This document shows positions 27,079 through 37,025 of a stretch of DNA of 64,000 bases, piece by piece. Position numbers and translations under genes: made by a program. The notes below the pieces were generated by a model that was not told the origin of the DNA, ran no database searches, and was given only the letters and a program-made list of their open reading frames with translations. Source of the stretch: a bacterium (GTDB taxonomy: Bacteria > Fidelibacterota > Fidelibacteria > Fidelibacterales > Fidelibacteraceae); the NCBI GenBank assembly GCA_963676395.1, contig OY781066.1, positions 992,001 to 1,056,000 of the forward strand, read 5' to 3'. The stretch's first letter is position 1. Every line of letters begins with the position of its first letter.

Positions 27079-27891
27079 ATGTTTAACGAAAATGTTCTAT
27101 TTGCACTTGGATTGACTCTTTTTGCCGGCTTATCTACAGGCATCGGTTCTCTTATGGCATTTATGTCAAAAAAATTCAATCCTAACTTTCTATCGGGTGC
27201 ACTTGGCTTTTCCGCGGGTGTCATGATCTATGTTTCCTTTGTGGAAATTCTTGCTAAGGCCAAAAATTCTCTTTCTATGTCACTGGGCGACAAACCGGGA
27301 TATATTTGGACAGTTATCGCTTTCTTTGCCGGTATTGCCTTAATCGCATTGATCGATAAACTGGTGCCGTCCTATGAAAACCCGCATGAAATCGGCAACA
27401 TGGAAGTCAGTAATTTAAATAAAGATAAAATGAACGATAAGCGCTTACTCCGTATGGGCTTATTCTCAGCACTTGCTATTGCAATCCACAACTTCCCGGA
27501 AGGTCTTGCAACATTCATGGGAGCTTTAAGCGATCCTACTCTCGGTATCAGTATTGCCGTTGCGATCGCTATCCACAATATCCCCGAAGGTGTCGCTGTT
27601 TCCGTACCTATATATTATGCAACAGGAAGTAGAAAAAAAGCCTTCTGGTTATCATTTCTCTCAGGACTTGCAGAACCTGTCGGTGCAATTGTGGGATATT
27701 TCATTCTACGCTCGGTATTCAATGACACAACCTTTGGCATTGTCTTTGCCGCTGTGGCAGGTATCATGGTTTATATTTCTCTCGATGAGCTCTTGCCCAC
27801 CGCTGAAGAATACGGTCGCCACCACATTGCCATTGGCGGTTTAGTCGGCGGTATGGCTGTGATGGCAATGAGTCTATTATTATTTGCGTAG
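27079..27891 (+). CDS. zupT: ZIP family zinc transporter
   Basis: [10 protein letters not shown] and AIHNIPEG motifs, [14 protein letters not shown]. Confidence 0.93.
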   Translation: MFNENVLFALGLTLFAGLSTGIGSLMAFMSKKFNPNFLSGALGFSAGVMIYVSFVEILAKAKNSLSMSLGDKPGYIWTVIAFFAGIALIALIDKLVPSYENPHEIGNMEVSNLNKDKMNDKRLLRMGLFSALAIAIHNFPEGLATFMGALSDPTLGISIAVAIAIHNIPEGVAVSVPIYYATGSRKKAFWLSFLSGLAEPVGAIVGYFILRSVFNDTTFGIVFAAVAGIMVYISLDELLPTAEEYGRHHIAIGGLVGGMAVMAMSLLLFA

Positions 27892-28055
27892 AAAATCCTT
27901 TAATATTGATTAATTATTTTTTTCTCTTTACCTCTCGTGTTAATGACACTGAGATGTCATTGATTTTCCCCTAGCTTACCCTGTCGTTTTATATTTTAGC
28001 TATTCATCACTTTCTACCTTTGAGAAGCAGTTTAAGCTAATTATATTCATTCACT

Positions 28056-28538
28056 ATGATGAACATCATTATCTGGACAGCTTCAATTATTCTTTTAATC
28101 ATTTCACTAATCAAAAACCGTGAAAAAACTCTACGCGCTTTAAAGATCGCCTGGAAATCATTTTCTAATATTGTGTCGATCTTTGTCCTGGTATTAGCTT
28201 TGTACGCTCTTCTTATCACCTACATTTCACCGGAAAGCATTCAACAAGCCGTCGGCGTTGACTCTGGAATCATGGGGACTGTGATCGCTATTGGCTTAGG
28301 ATCTATTTCTGTCATGCCGGGTTTTGCGGCTTTCCCTCTATGTGCGGCACTCTATACACAAGGAATTCCATTTTACATCCTTGCCGCATTTTCTGTTTCA
28401 TTGATGAATGTTGGCGTGGTCACCTTCCCCATTGAAAAAAAATTCCTTGGGACAAGAGTGGCTCTTGTACGTAACCTGCTCGGACTTTTTGTTACCATTA
28501 TAACAGTCATCATCGTTAAACTGGTATTCGGAGAGTAA
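28056..28538 (+). CDS. Permease subunit (DUF318/ArsP-like, first half)
   Basis: Hydrophobic; PGFAAFPL and E.KFLG...A..RN motifs. Confidence 0.75.
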   Translation: MMNIIIWTASIILLIISLIKNREKTLRALKIAWKSFSNIVSIFVLVLALYALLITYISPESIQQAVGVDSGIMGTVIAIGLGSISVMPGFAAFPLCAALYTQGIPFYILAAFSVSLMNVGVVTFPIEKKFLGTRVALVRNLLGLFVTIITVIIVKLVFGE

Positions 28539-28539
28539 T

Positions 28540-29058
28540 ATGAAAAGATCAAAGCTTATAAATTTCATTCTCGCGGGCACCTTTTTGGTCTTTGTTGCTT
28601 TATCTTTTCTTCTTGAATATGATAAAGGCGTACAAAGCGGTAAGGAGTTTTTCAAAATCATCATTGAAATGTTGAAACTCTTACCGCCGGCCTTCATCTT
28701 GATTGGATTATTCGAGGTTTGGGTCAGCCGCGAGACGGTAATTACTCATCTTGGTGAAGAAGGTGGTTTTAAAGCCTACCTTTTGGCCCTACTGTTGGCC
28801 GGTATTACCATTGGTGGACTATATGTTGCCTTCCCGATCTCTCAATCATTGTATAAAAAAGGCGCCTCTCTTAAGGTGATCTTTGCTTATCTGGGTTTTG
28901 CGGGTGTTTTTCGTATTCCCATGAACGTCTTTGAGATCTCCTGTTTGGGACTTCCCTTTACGATGACCAGATTGATGGTTACCATACCTATGTTTCTGCT
29001 GATCGGTATTGTTATGGGACATGTGTTAAAGAAAAAAAGCTTTTCTATTAAAGAATGA
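28540..29058 (+). CDS. Permease subunit (DUF318/ArsP-like, second half)
   Basis: FILIGLFEVWV, GGLYVAFP, KKGA, IPM.VFE. Confidence 0.75.
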   Translation: MKRSKLINFILAGTFLVFVALSFLLEYDKGVQSGKEFFKIIIEMLKLLPPAFILIGLFEVWVSRETVITHLGEEGGFKAYLLALLLAGITIGGLYVAFPISQSLYKKGASLKVIFAYLGFAGVFRIPMNVFEISCLGLPFTMTRLMVTIPMFLLIGIVMGHVLKKKSFSIKE

Positions 29059-29174
29059 GTAATGACTGACCTTAATTACCACGTACTACATTCTGATTAC
29101 TATTTTCTTCTTTCCTTGAAACGTCCCTCTCGCTATATTATATTAATAAACACTGATAAAATAAGGAATATCTC

Positions 29175-29651
29175 ATGAAAGCATTACTCGTTGTTGATAT
29201 ACAAACACAATTTATTAAAGGTAGCCATGCTTACGAGGAAGAGCGTTTCATCAAAACGGTTAATCATACCATTGACACATTTCGCAAAGCGGGTAACCTG
29301 ATCGTTTTCGTACATCATCTGGATAAAAATACCGCTCCGGAAACGCCCGGTTGGGAGTATGATGAACGTATCCATATGAACGACACAGACCCTAAAGTCT
29401 GGAAACGAAAAGGCAATGCGTTTGAAGGTACCGATCTGCGCGAGATACTGGATAAACATGATATCAATGAATTGACCGTCTGCGGACTGGTAACGCAAAA
29501 CTGCATCCGCTCCACAGCTATCGGTTGCATAGAGGAAGGATACACCACCCGACTCGTAAAATATGGTACGACCAATTGGACTGATGACCCACAGAAAACG
29601 ATTGATGACGTGGAAAAAGAACTGAGAAAAATTGGAATTGAAATTTCTTAA
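29175..29651 (+). CDS. Isochorismatase-family cysteine hydrolase
   Basis: ALLVVDIQ, K...NAF.GTDL, GLVTQNCI. Confidence 0.9.
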   Translation: MKALLVVDIQTQFIKGSHAYEEERFIKTVNHTIDTFRKAGNLIVFVHHLDKNTAPETPGWEYDERIHMNDTDPKVWKRKGNAFEGTDLREILDKHDINELTVCGLVTQNCIRSTAIGCIEEGYTTRLVKYGTTNWTDDPQKTIDDVEKELRKIGIEIS

Positions 29652-29782
29652 ACATTTAACAAAAGATATTTAATTCATACAGAATTATTCACGATATACC
29701 TGTGGAATACATCCTGTTGATACTTTAATTATATTTTAAAATACTTTTGCATTTTATACGGTAATCCACTACACTACATTGC

Positions 29783-29940
29783 ATGTTAAAAACAACACAT
29801 AACACAGCGGTATAAAAGACGGGAGCGGTCGAAACCTTCGGCACGCATCTTGTCGCCCACTTCATTTAATCGATGGTGCACCATCGATATTATTGCATTA
29901 TATAAATAAAATATCAGGCTTATGCTAAAGCCGATGTATT
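29783..29940 (+). promoter_or_regulatory. Structured leader with uORF (candidate attenuator)
   Basis: uORF MLKTTHNTAV* (29783-29815), hairpin 29818-29854, perfect 20-bp palindrome 29869-29888, further hairpin before the AAGGAG RBS. Confidence 0.5.
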
Positions 29941-29956
29941 GTAAAAGGAGAAACAA

Positions 29957-30514
29957 TTGAATTTTAACGATATTAAGATCATTAAAACCGACGACTCACA
30001 TTTTAACGATATCATGACAGTCGAAAAACGCGCTTTCGGATATGATAAAGAGGCCAATCTGACCGCTGCCTTGCTAAAAGATAAAACAGGTGAACCAACT
30101 ATTTCATTACTGGCTTATCACAAAGATAAGGCCGCGGGTCATATTCTTTTCACTCGCGGTTATGTTGATGAAATGACGACGGATCAACCCTTATTCCATT
30201 TTTTGGCACCCTTGGCGATCATTCCCGAATACCAGAAAATGGGACTTGGCGGACGTCTGATCAAAGAAGGCCATAAGCTTTTAAAAGAAATAGGTTCGCT
30301 TATGGTGTTCGTGCTGGGACATATTGATTATTATCCCAGACACGGCTATATCAATGATGCCGCACAGTTCGGATATTCACCCACCTACCCCATCCCCGAA
30401 AAGGTCAAGGATGCCTGGATGGTTCAATCATTGACAGGGGTAGAGTTTCCAATCAAAAAAGGACGGATCCTCTGCTGCGAGGAACTGAACCGGCCGGAGC
30501 ATTGGCGGGAGTAA
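29957..30514 (+). CDS. GNAT family N-acetyltransferase (YhbS-like)
   Basis: GHILF, LAPLAIIPEYQKMGLGGRLI, VLGHIDYYPRHG; TTG start with AAGGAG RBS. Confidence 0.9.
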   Translation: MNFNDIKIIKTDDSHFNDIMTVEKRAFGYDKEANLTAALLKDKTGEPTISLLAYHKDKAAGHILFTRGYVDEMTTDQPLFHFLAPLAIIPEYQKMGLGGRLIKEGHKLLKEIGSLMVFVLGHIDYYPRHGYINDAAQFGYSPTYPIPEKVKDAWMVQSLTGVEFPIKKGRILCCEELNRPEHWRE

Positions 30515-30518
30515 GCAC

Positions 30519-30923
30519 ATGAATAAAAACATCCCCTCTGAACCGGGATTCTCTCATGGCTTTACGTGCGCCTCATGTGGAAAGGAGATTTCTCCTTTGG
30601 CTTACGGTGGCCGGCATCGTAACCACTGTCCCCATTGCCTATGTTCTTTGCATATTGATCATAAACCCGGTGATAGAAAATCCTCTTGCCGGGGTATCAT
30701 GAAAGCCATCGGTATCCATGTCCAGCAGAACGGAGAATGGTCCATCATTCACAAATGTTCTCAATGCGGCACAGTGAAAGTGAACCGGATCGCATATGAT
30801 GACAACGAACTGTTGTTATTGACCATTGCGGCCGAGCCGCTGATGTCCCTGCCTTTTCCATCGAAGAATTTGATCGAAACACTGCAGAAATTGAGCATGG
30901 AAAAAGAAACGAATATACCGTAA
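30519..30923 (+). CDS. RNHCP domain protein
   Basis: FTCASCG...HRNHCPHCLCSLH...GDR...C.G.M. Confidence 0.9.
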   Translation: MNKNIPSEPGFSHGFTCASCGKEISPLAYGGRHRNHCPHCLCSLHIDHKPGDRKSSCRGIMKAIGIHVQQNGEWSIIHKCSQCGTVKVNRIAYDDNELLLLTIAAEPLMSLPFPSKNLIETLQKLSMEKETNIP

Positions 30924-31024
30924 TGTGTTTAAGCTTCATTTAACGTGTCAATAGAATAAAAACAATTAATTTGGCAAATAACTGCTGTTTCCCTTAAATT
31001 GAATCATCATTTAAGGGAAACGGC

Positions 31025-31570
31025 ATGAGCTATTATTTTAAACAGTACAGTAAGATCTGCCTACTATTTGTTTTATTGGCAGGATATTTAGCAGCCCAAA
31101 ACGAAACAGCTGTCGATACGCTTGATAAAACGATGATCAGTGAAACAGAATTCATCGCCTTCTGGTCGGAATTCAAGGACTTTTGCCAGAGCAAAGACAC
31201 GTCGCTTGCCGGGCGTTTTATAGCACCGACCGTTATAAAAACATACTTGCCCTATGAGCAGGGGGCTGTGTATGAAACACACGCTCTCGACGAGATCGTA
31301 AAAGCCATGAAAAGGCAAGAAGGACCTGGTTGCGTGCTGCCCTCGTGGCAACCCGAAATGGACAGTATTCAGATCGGCCATCCTTTGCTACGATACCTTG
31401 ATCAACGAACTGCGCTTGAATGGGGCATTGGTCCATCCTATGAAGACCCTGAACATGTATACAATTATAGATACTTCATAGGCGGGCCCGTCAGCATATC
31501 TATATATTATTATTTCAAGAAGTTCGATGGACAGATCAAATTCTTCAAAAAACATCATGATGAATATTGA
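31025..31570 (+). CDS. Secreted hypothetical protein
   Basis: N-terminal signal peptide, 181 aa. Confidence 0.7.
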   Translation: MSYYFKQYSKICLLFVLLAGYLAAQNETAVDTLDKTMISETEFIAFWSEFKDFCQSKDTSLAGRFIAPTVIKTYLPYEQGAVYETHALDEIVKAMKRQEGPGCVLPSWQPEMDSIQIGHPLLRYLDQRTALEWGIGPSYEDPEHVYNYRYFIGGPVSISIYYYFKKFDGQIKFFKKHHDEY

Positions 31571-31762
31571 ATATATTCCTTTTAATCATACTATATCCCG
31601 AAATATTATTCACTTGCAAATCATATATTGTTTCATTATTTTTTTCTAATAGAAATACAATAATGAAGTGACAGAGTGGAAATTTTATTTATTCTATAAC
31701 TTTGTTTTATAGGACTTAAATGAAGTTATTTGGATTGAGAAATATAAAACTGTGAGGTCAAT

Positions 31763-32593
31763 ATGAAAAATTATATTCCTTTGAGCGGTTCAATGTCTGG
31801 TTTCATAAATAATCAGAAAACGTATAAGAATATCTTTAAAATTGATAATCCTTCAGCTTTAACTGAAATCGACAACTTCACTCAACCCCAGCCCCAATCA
31901 CTACAAGAACTTACAAATGAAAAAACTGAAACCATTAAATTGTCTGTTGATGCAGCATTAAAACTTAATATACCCATCGGATCGACAGATAATAAGTTAT
32001 CAAGAATTGTACTAATTCAAGAGTATAAAAAATTTAAAGAAATAACCAAAAACACTGAAACCGTTCATTATGGCATTGGCATAAGATGGATTATTAATAT
32101 TCAAAAACTCTGCTCATCGGCAAATATTTCATCTTTGCCGATGGTTGCGGCATCAGGTCAATTTAATTATGTTAATGCTTCTGCTCGATTTGAAGTAAAC
32201 GGCATATCATCACAAGAAATAACAAAATTAATTCCTGCGCCAAAAGATTTAACAACTGAAACTTTTTTTGAATTAAATGAAGCATTTATTGCAATAAAAG
32301 AAAAAATATGGGCTCCCGAAACAAGTATTACCCCAAAGATATTGGGAGTGTATGCGGATTATCAAAATGAGCAAACATCCCTGTTTGAAGAATCAATTTC
32401 AATAGCACACGCCTTGAATTGTATCGCCAAGGGTAAAAAACTTGAAAAAGCAACCTTGGGCATCACAGATAACTCTTTAATTGATCAAATTAAAGCAGTG
32501 TACATGGAAATTACCAACACAAACGAACTAAATAAAACTATCACCGAGGCTCAGAAGAGCAAAGCAAAAAAATATTTATCAATTATCCCATAA
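31763..32593 (+). CDS. Hypothetical protein
   Basis: 276-aa AT-rich ORF with GAGG RBS and downstream terminator. Confidence 0.7.
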   Translation: MKNYIPLSGSMSGFINNQKTYKNIFKIDNPSALTEIDNFTQPQPQSLQELTNEKTETIKLSVDAALKLNIPIGSTDNKLSRIVLIQEYKKFKEITKNTETVHYGIGIRWIINIQKLCSSANISSLPMVAASGQFNYVNASARFEVNGISSQEITKLIPAPKDLTTETFFELNEAFIAIKEKIWAPETSITPKILGVYADYQNEQTSLFEESISIAHALNCIAKGKKLEKATLGITDNSLIDQIKAVYMEITNTNELNKTITEAQKSKAKKYLSIIP

Positions 32594-32669
32594 TTCCTTT
32601 TTAATAAAACTGACACCTTCTTTAACACCAATCAATGATAGTCGGATTAAAATAAGTAATTTATTTTTT

Positions 32670-32703
32670 TAACAAAGGGTTGAAAACATTCAACCCTTTG
32701 TTA
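32670..32703. terminator. Inverted repeat / terminator
   Basis: TAACAAAGGGTTGAA-aaca-TTCAACCCTTTGTTA. Confidence 0.7.
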
Positions 32704-32875
32704 TTGCCTATATTTTTCGTACGCGTTACTCGTCACGTCTTTAAGTTTTCACTTCCCTCACTACATCAATCACCATGACGTTTACCTAATGAATTGTGAG
32801 AACCTAACTCAATCTAAAAACTTCTTGTATTGTTTTACCATACTATTGTATATTAACACCATACATTAGAGGCGT

Positions 32876-33493
32876 ATGAATACTTTAGCTCAAATACTTT
32901 CATCAAATACCCGTGCAGAATTCTTCCGTCTGCTTTTTGGACTGAACCAAAAAGAATATTATTTGAGAGAACTCGCAAAATGCTCCGGTCTTGCCATCGG
33001 TACGATCCAACAGGAAGCGTTGAAATTAGAAAATCTTGGTCTGATCCATAAACGCAGAGACGGCAATCGTACTTATTTTAGAGCAAATACAAATCACCCC
33101 ATTTATATGGAAATCCACCGTCTTGTCCTTAAAACGACCGGACTTCGGGATGTTCTAAGATCATATTTGTCTGATAATACAATCCGGTTTGCTTTCGTTT
33201 TTGGATCCATTGCATCTGGGAATGAAAAACCCAACAGTGATGTAGACCTTTTTATCGTGGGTGATATTGGACTTAGATCTCTAAGTAAATATTTGCTGGA
33301 ACCCAGTCAAACAATTGGACGAGAGATCAATTCATATACCATCAGCAAAAAAGAATTAACGGATAAGATCAAACAAAATGATCATTTTATATCAACAGTA
33401 ATCAATTCACAAAAACTTTTCATCAAGGGAGACGAAAATGAGTTTAAGAAATTGGTTGAAAAATGGCTGGCTCAAGCCACATCAGACAAGTAA
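32876..33493 (+). CDS. wHTH plus minimal nucleotidyltransferase (MNT) protein
   Basis: N-terminal ArsR-like HTH; FGSIASG...SDVDL NTase motif. Confidence 0.88.
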   Translation: MNTLAQILSSNTRAEFFRLLFGLNQKEYYLRELAKCSGLAIGTIQQEALKLENLGLIHKRRDGNRTYFRANTNHPIYMEIHRLVLKTTGLRDVLRSYLSDNTIRFAFVFGSIASGNEKPNSDVDLFIVGDIGLRSLSKYLLEPSQTIGREINSYTISKKELTDKIKQNDHFISTVINSQKLFIKGDENEFKKLVEKWLAQATSDK

Positions 33494-33878
33494 GCAGGAA
33501 ATTGAAAATTTATTCAATATTGTAAAGCGTGATCTAGAGGATGCGCAAAGACCGGATATTTCTGCAGATTGGAAATTTGGAATTGCCTATAATGCGACAT
33601 TAAAATTATGTACCATCCTTCTGTATATCAAAAATTATAAACCAGAAAAGTCCTATACCCATTATCGAACAATACAAGCGTTACCACTAATATTGGGTGA
33701 GGAAAGATCTGATGATACTGCTTATCTTGATGCATGCCGAGTAAAAAGAAATATTGTTGAATATGATTATGTGGGCAGTACATCGGAAACTGAAGCGGAA
33801 GAATTGATCAAGTTTGTGAAAGAACTTCGGTTTGAAGTTCAGATTTGGATAAAAAAACATTACCCGGAATATCTTTAA
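33438..33878 (+). CDS. HEPN-like partner of the MNT (toxin-antitoxin pair)
   Basis: Overlaps the MNT gene; RDLEDA, AYNA, R.KRN..EYD pattern. Confidence 0.78.
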   Translation: MSLRNWLKNGWLKPHQTSKQEIENLFNIVKRDLEDAQRPDISADWKFGIAYNATLKLCTILLYIKNYKPEKSYTHYRTIQALPLILGEERSDDTAYLDACRVKRNIVEYDYVGSTSETEAEELIKFVKELRFEVQIWIKKHYPEYL

Positions 33879-33910
33879 AGACCAATCCAGTCTTGAAATT
33901 TGATAAATAT

Positions 33911-33939
33911 AAAAAAGGGGCCGGATATACCCGGCCCCT
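33911..33939 (-). terminator. Rho-independent terminator after citF
   Basis: AGGGGCCGG-atatac-CCGGCCCCT with an A-tract on the plus strand. Confidence 0.8.
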
Positions 33940-33957
33940 ACATTTTACATCTTACGT

Positions 33958-35511
33958 TTAACGTTTCACTTCCCTTACCACATCAATCACCGTGCCATCC
34001 ACCCATTTGATGGCGGCGACGACCTTATCACCCAATTCAGGCTTCTGCGGTTTTCCGCAAATGCGCTCGGCTTCTTCTTTGAGCTCTTCGATGGTCTTTA
34101 ATGGCAATCCGGAATCCTTGACCTTATCGATCAAATCCTGGCGTTTCGGGTTGATCGCGATCCCGCGTTCGGTCACGATCACATCGACCAATTCGCCGGG
34201 CCCCACCAGTGTGGTAACCTCATCACAAATAATCGGAATGCGGTTTCTGAATAACGGCACCGGTAAAATGGTGCACTTGGCGAACAGGCAATTCTGCCAA
34301 CCGCCGATACCGTGCAACATGTAGCCATCGGAGTGTGTGACAACATTACCGTTAAAGTTCACATCCACTTCGGTGGCACCCAAGATCATTACGTCCATCA
34401 TGGTCGTAAAATTACCTTTGGCGTGATAATCGTAACAGTGGAAAATAGAAATATCGGGATGTTTCTGCCGGTTCTCACGCATAGAGCGTACCGCTTCGAG
34501 ATCGAAGGTCTGAGCATCCAGCATATAATCCAGACAACCGTCTTCGAGCATTTTTGCCGAATACTGCGTGGATCCGCCGACAGCAAAACGTGCTTTGATC
34601 TGGCGTTCTTTTAACATCTTATGAAAATAAAGTCCGATAGCCAGCGAAGTTCCCCCGGCGCCCATCTGGAACGAAAATCCATCCTGTACCAAGCCGGCGG
34701 CATCACAAAATCTGGCTGTTAGTTCAGCTATTAATAAACGATCCGGACTCTTGGTGATCTGCGTGGTACCGGAGACGATCAGTTCGGGGATGCCGATTTT
34801 GTCCATCTCAACCACATAATCAACATAGTTACCGACAATCTGCATAGGGATAGCCGGAAAGGGAACTATATTATCCGAAACAACAATCACCTTATCGGCA
34901 TACTGATAATCGGCCAAAGCATAACCCAAACCGCCACAGGCCGACGGGCCGTCCAGTCCGTGTCCGTTCCCAAAAGGATCCGCTGTGGGGGCTGCCAAAA
35001 CCGCAATATCAATTTCCACTTCGCCATCCTGAATGGCCTGATAGCGACCACCGTGCGAACGAAGCACACCCATACCCTTCATTTTCCCTTCGGACGTAAA
35101 GCGGCCCAATGCTCCATTCATCGAACCTTCGATATGATGAACCACGCCACTTTCAAGGTGTTTTATAATATCTTTATGGCAAGGAAAAGATGCCGAAGGC
35201 AGCCAAACAAGATCTTTGACGCCCATTTCGGCGGCAATATCAAATACCTGATTAGCAATCAAGTCGCCATTACGTAAATGATGATGAGTGGAAATAACCA
35301 TCCCGTCTTTCAATCCGGCCTTGATCAGTGCGTCTTTCAGGGAGTCAACCCGTTTATCTCCATCGGCCGGAAAATCTATTGCTGTGGTAATTGTGGGTGC
35401 GTGTTTTTTCCCACTTGGTCGATGTTTTCCAACGCCCATAAAGGGGACGACTTTTTCTCCATTGATCTCGGTCGGCACCATTCTACCAACTGCATTTTTG
35501 ACCATTTTCAT
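33958..35511 (-). CDS. citF: Citrate lyase alpha subunit (citrate CoA-transferase)
   Basis: STHHHLRNGD, RSHGGR, FQMGAGG, ILGATEVD..FN.NV, VTERGIAINP. Confidence 0.93.
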   Translation of the reverse strand: MKMVKNAVGRMVPTEINGEKVVPFMGVGKHRPSGKKHAPTITTAIDFPADGDKRVDSLKDALIKAGLKDGMVISTHHHLRNGDLIANQVFDIAAEMGVKDLVWLPSASFPCHKDIIKHLESGVVHHIEGSMNGALGRFTSEGKMKGMGVLRSHGGRYQAIQDGEVEIDIAVLAAPTADPFGNGHGLDGPSACGGLGYALADYQYADKVIVVSDNIVPFPAIPMQIVGNYVDYVVEMDKIGIPELIVSGTTQITKSPDRLLIAELTARFCDAAGLVQDGFSFQMGAGGTSLAIGLYFHKMLKERQIKARFAVGGSTQYSAKMLEDGCLDYMLDAQTFDLEAVRSMRENRQKHPDISIFHCYDYHAKGNFTTMMDVMILGATEVDVNFNGNVVTHSDGYMLHGIGGWQNCLFAKCTILPVPLFRNRIPIICDEVTTLVGPGELVDVIVTERGIAINPKRQDLIDKVKDSGLPLKTIEELKEEAERICGKPQKPELGDKVVAAIKWVDGTVIDVVREVKR

Positions 35512-35533
35512 CTATCTGATCTCCTTTAAGGAA

Positions 35534-36724
35534 TTATACTTCTTCCGCCAATTCCATCACACGAAGTGCACGCTTAACTACCGGCGGATCGATCATTTTT
35601 GATCCAACAGATACAACACCCAGCCCCTTGGCTTCGGCTTCTTTAAAAGCATCCACGATCTTCCTGGCTTTTTCAATTTCTTTTTCAGTCGGCGCAAAAG
35701 CCTCGTGAATTACCTTGATCTGCCTGGGATGAATACACCCCATTCCATCAAAACCAAGTGCCTTCGACGCCAAGACATTCTCGCGAAGCGCGGCCATATC
35801 GGATACATCCGAAAAAACCGAATCAATAGCTTGAATACCATTCGCTTTAGCCGCATTCACCAGCATACAACGTGCAAAGAAAGTCTCATTCCCGTCCTTG
35901 GTTCGAGGTGAGCCAATGTCCGCGGTATAATCTTCCAAACCAATGGCTAAACCAATCACATTTTTCGATGCGGCGGCGATCTCATAAGCTTTGATCACTC
36001 CTAAGGCCGATTCAATGATCGGCATGATCCAGACTTCATTTTCAATATTGTTTTTATCACGAAGGTCCTGAATACGTTTATCCACAGCCAATAACTGTTC
36101 GGGTGTTTCGCATTTTGGCAAAAGGATCACATTGGCATGATGCGGAATCACGGCATCCAGGTCTTTTAAACCACGCTCACCCTGATTGATACGCACCATA
36201 CGTTCGGCACCATAAAAATCAACTGCTCGCAAAGAGTTACGAACCAACAATCTCGCTTCATCTTTTCTATCGGGGGCAACAGAATCTTCAAGATCAAGAA
36301 TAATTCCATCACCACTATGCAAGCCGGCATTCAGCGCCAGCTTAGGCGTATTCCCGGGTAAATATAAACGCGAACGTCGCATTCTTTCACGGGCGGTTCC
36401 CGAAGTATTTTGCTCAAGCATTTCAGGTAAATATTCCACATCGGTATCAATCAATTTTTTAATACATGCTTCCAATCTGGCCGTAATAACATAATCGGGG
36501 GCACCGTTATCATCAATGGTAATTGAAGCGTGATCAATCGAAAAAGTGTCCAATACTTTGTTGATACTCTCTCTGATCAAATTTTCAAATAGAAGTTTGA
36601 CCTTAGAATTGACGGTAATATCGCGACCGCCGCTATTTGCTAGCGACAGGCTTATCTTACAGTCTGAACGGTCAGCTCTTTCGTGTTGTCCGGCATACGC
36701 GATTTTCACATCAAGCTCCTTCAC
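35534..36724 (-). CDS. citE: Citrate lyase ACP (CitD) - beta subunit (CitE) fusion
   Basis: N-terminal AG...RSDC, DNGA.DYVI.ARLE (CitD-like), followed by RRSRLYLPG, LDLEDSV, VRIN, GCIHPRQ, MIDPPVV (CitE). Confidence 0.88.
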   Translation of the reverse strand: MKELDVKIAYAGQHERADRSDCKISLSLANSGGRDITVNSKVKLLFENLIRESINKVLDTFSIDHASITIDDNGAPDYVITARLEACIKKLIDTDVEYLPEMLEQNTSGTARERMRRSRLYLPGNTPKLALNAGLHSGDGIILDLEDSVAPDRKDEARLLVRNSLRAVDFYGAERMVRINQGERGLKDLDAVIPHHANVILLPKCETPEQLLAVDKRIQDLRDKNNIENEVWIMPIIESALGVIKAYEIAAASKNVIGLAIGLEDYTADIGSPRTKDGNETFFARCMLVNAAKANGIQAIDSVFSDVSDMAALRENVLASKALGFDGMGCIHPRQIKVIHEAFAPTEKEIEKARKIVDAFKEAEAKGLGVVSVGSKMIDPPVVKRALRVMELAEEV

Positions 36725-37025
36725 AATTAGTCATTATTATTACCATATAGATTACAAAAGTTTTACCTGATTGGGTATTTATTTTTCAATAAACCCAACT
36801 TTGCTCTAGAGATTCGAAGAAAAAGCAAGGGACATATCTCCAAAAATAAAAAATGGTGTTTAATACAAATACAAGCAGGGTATCCATTTAAGTCTTACGA
36901 CCTCTATTTATAATTTTTATTAATTGCCAACCTCTTCTCCTCAATTATTAATTGAGTCTTGTTAATCTCTACTTTTTCCTTTATTTTTGTCTAGCATTAT
37001 AAACAGCAGGCGGACTTGAGGTAAT

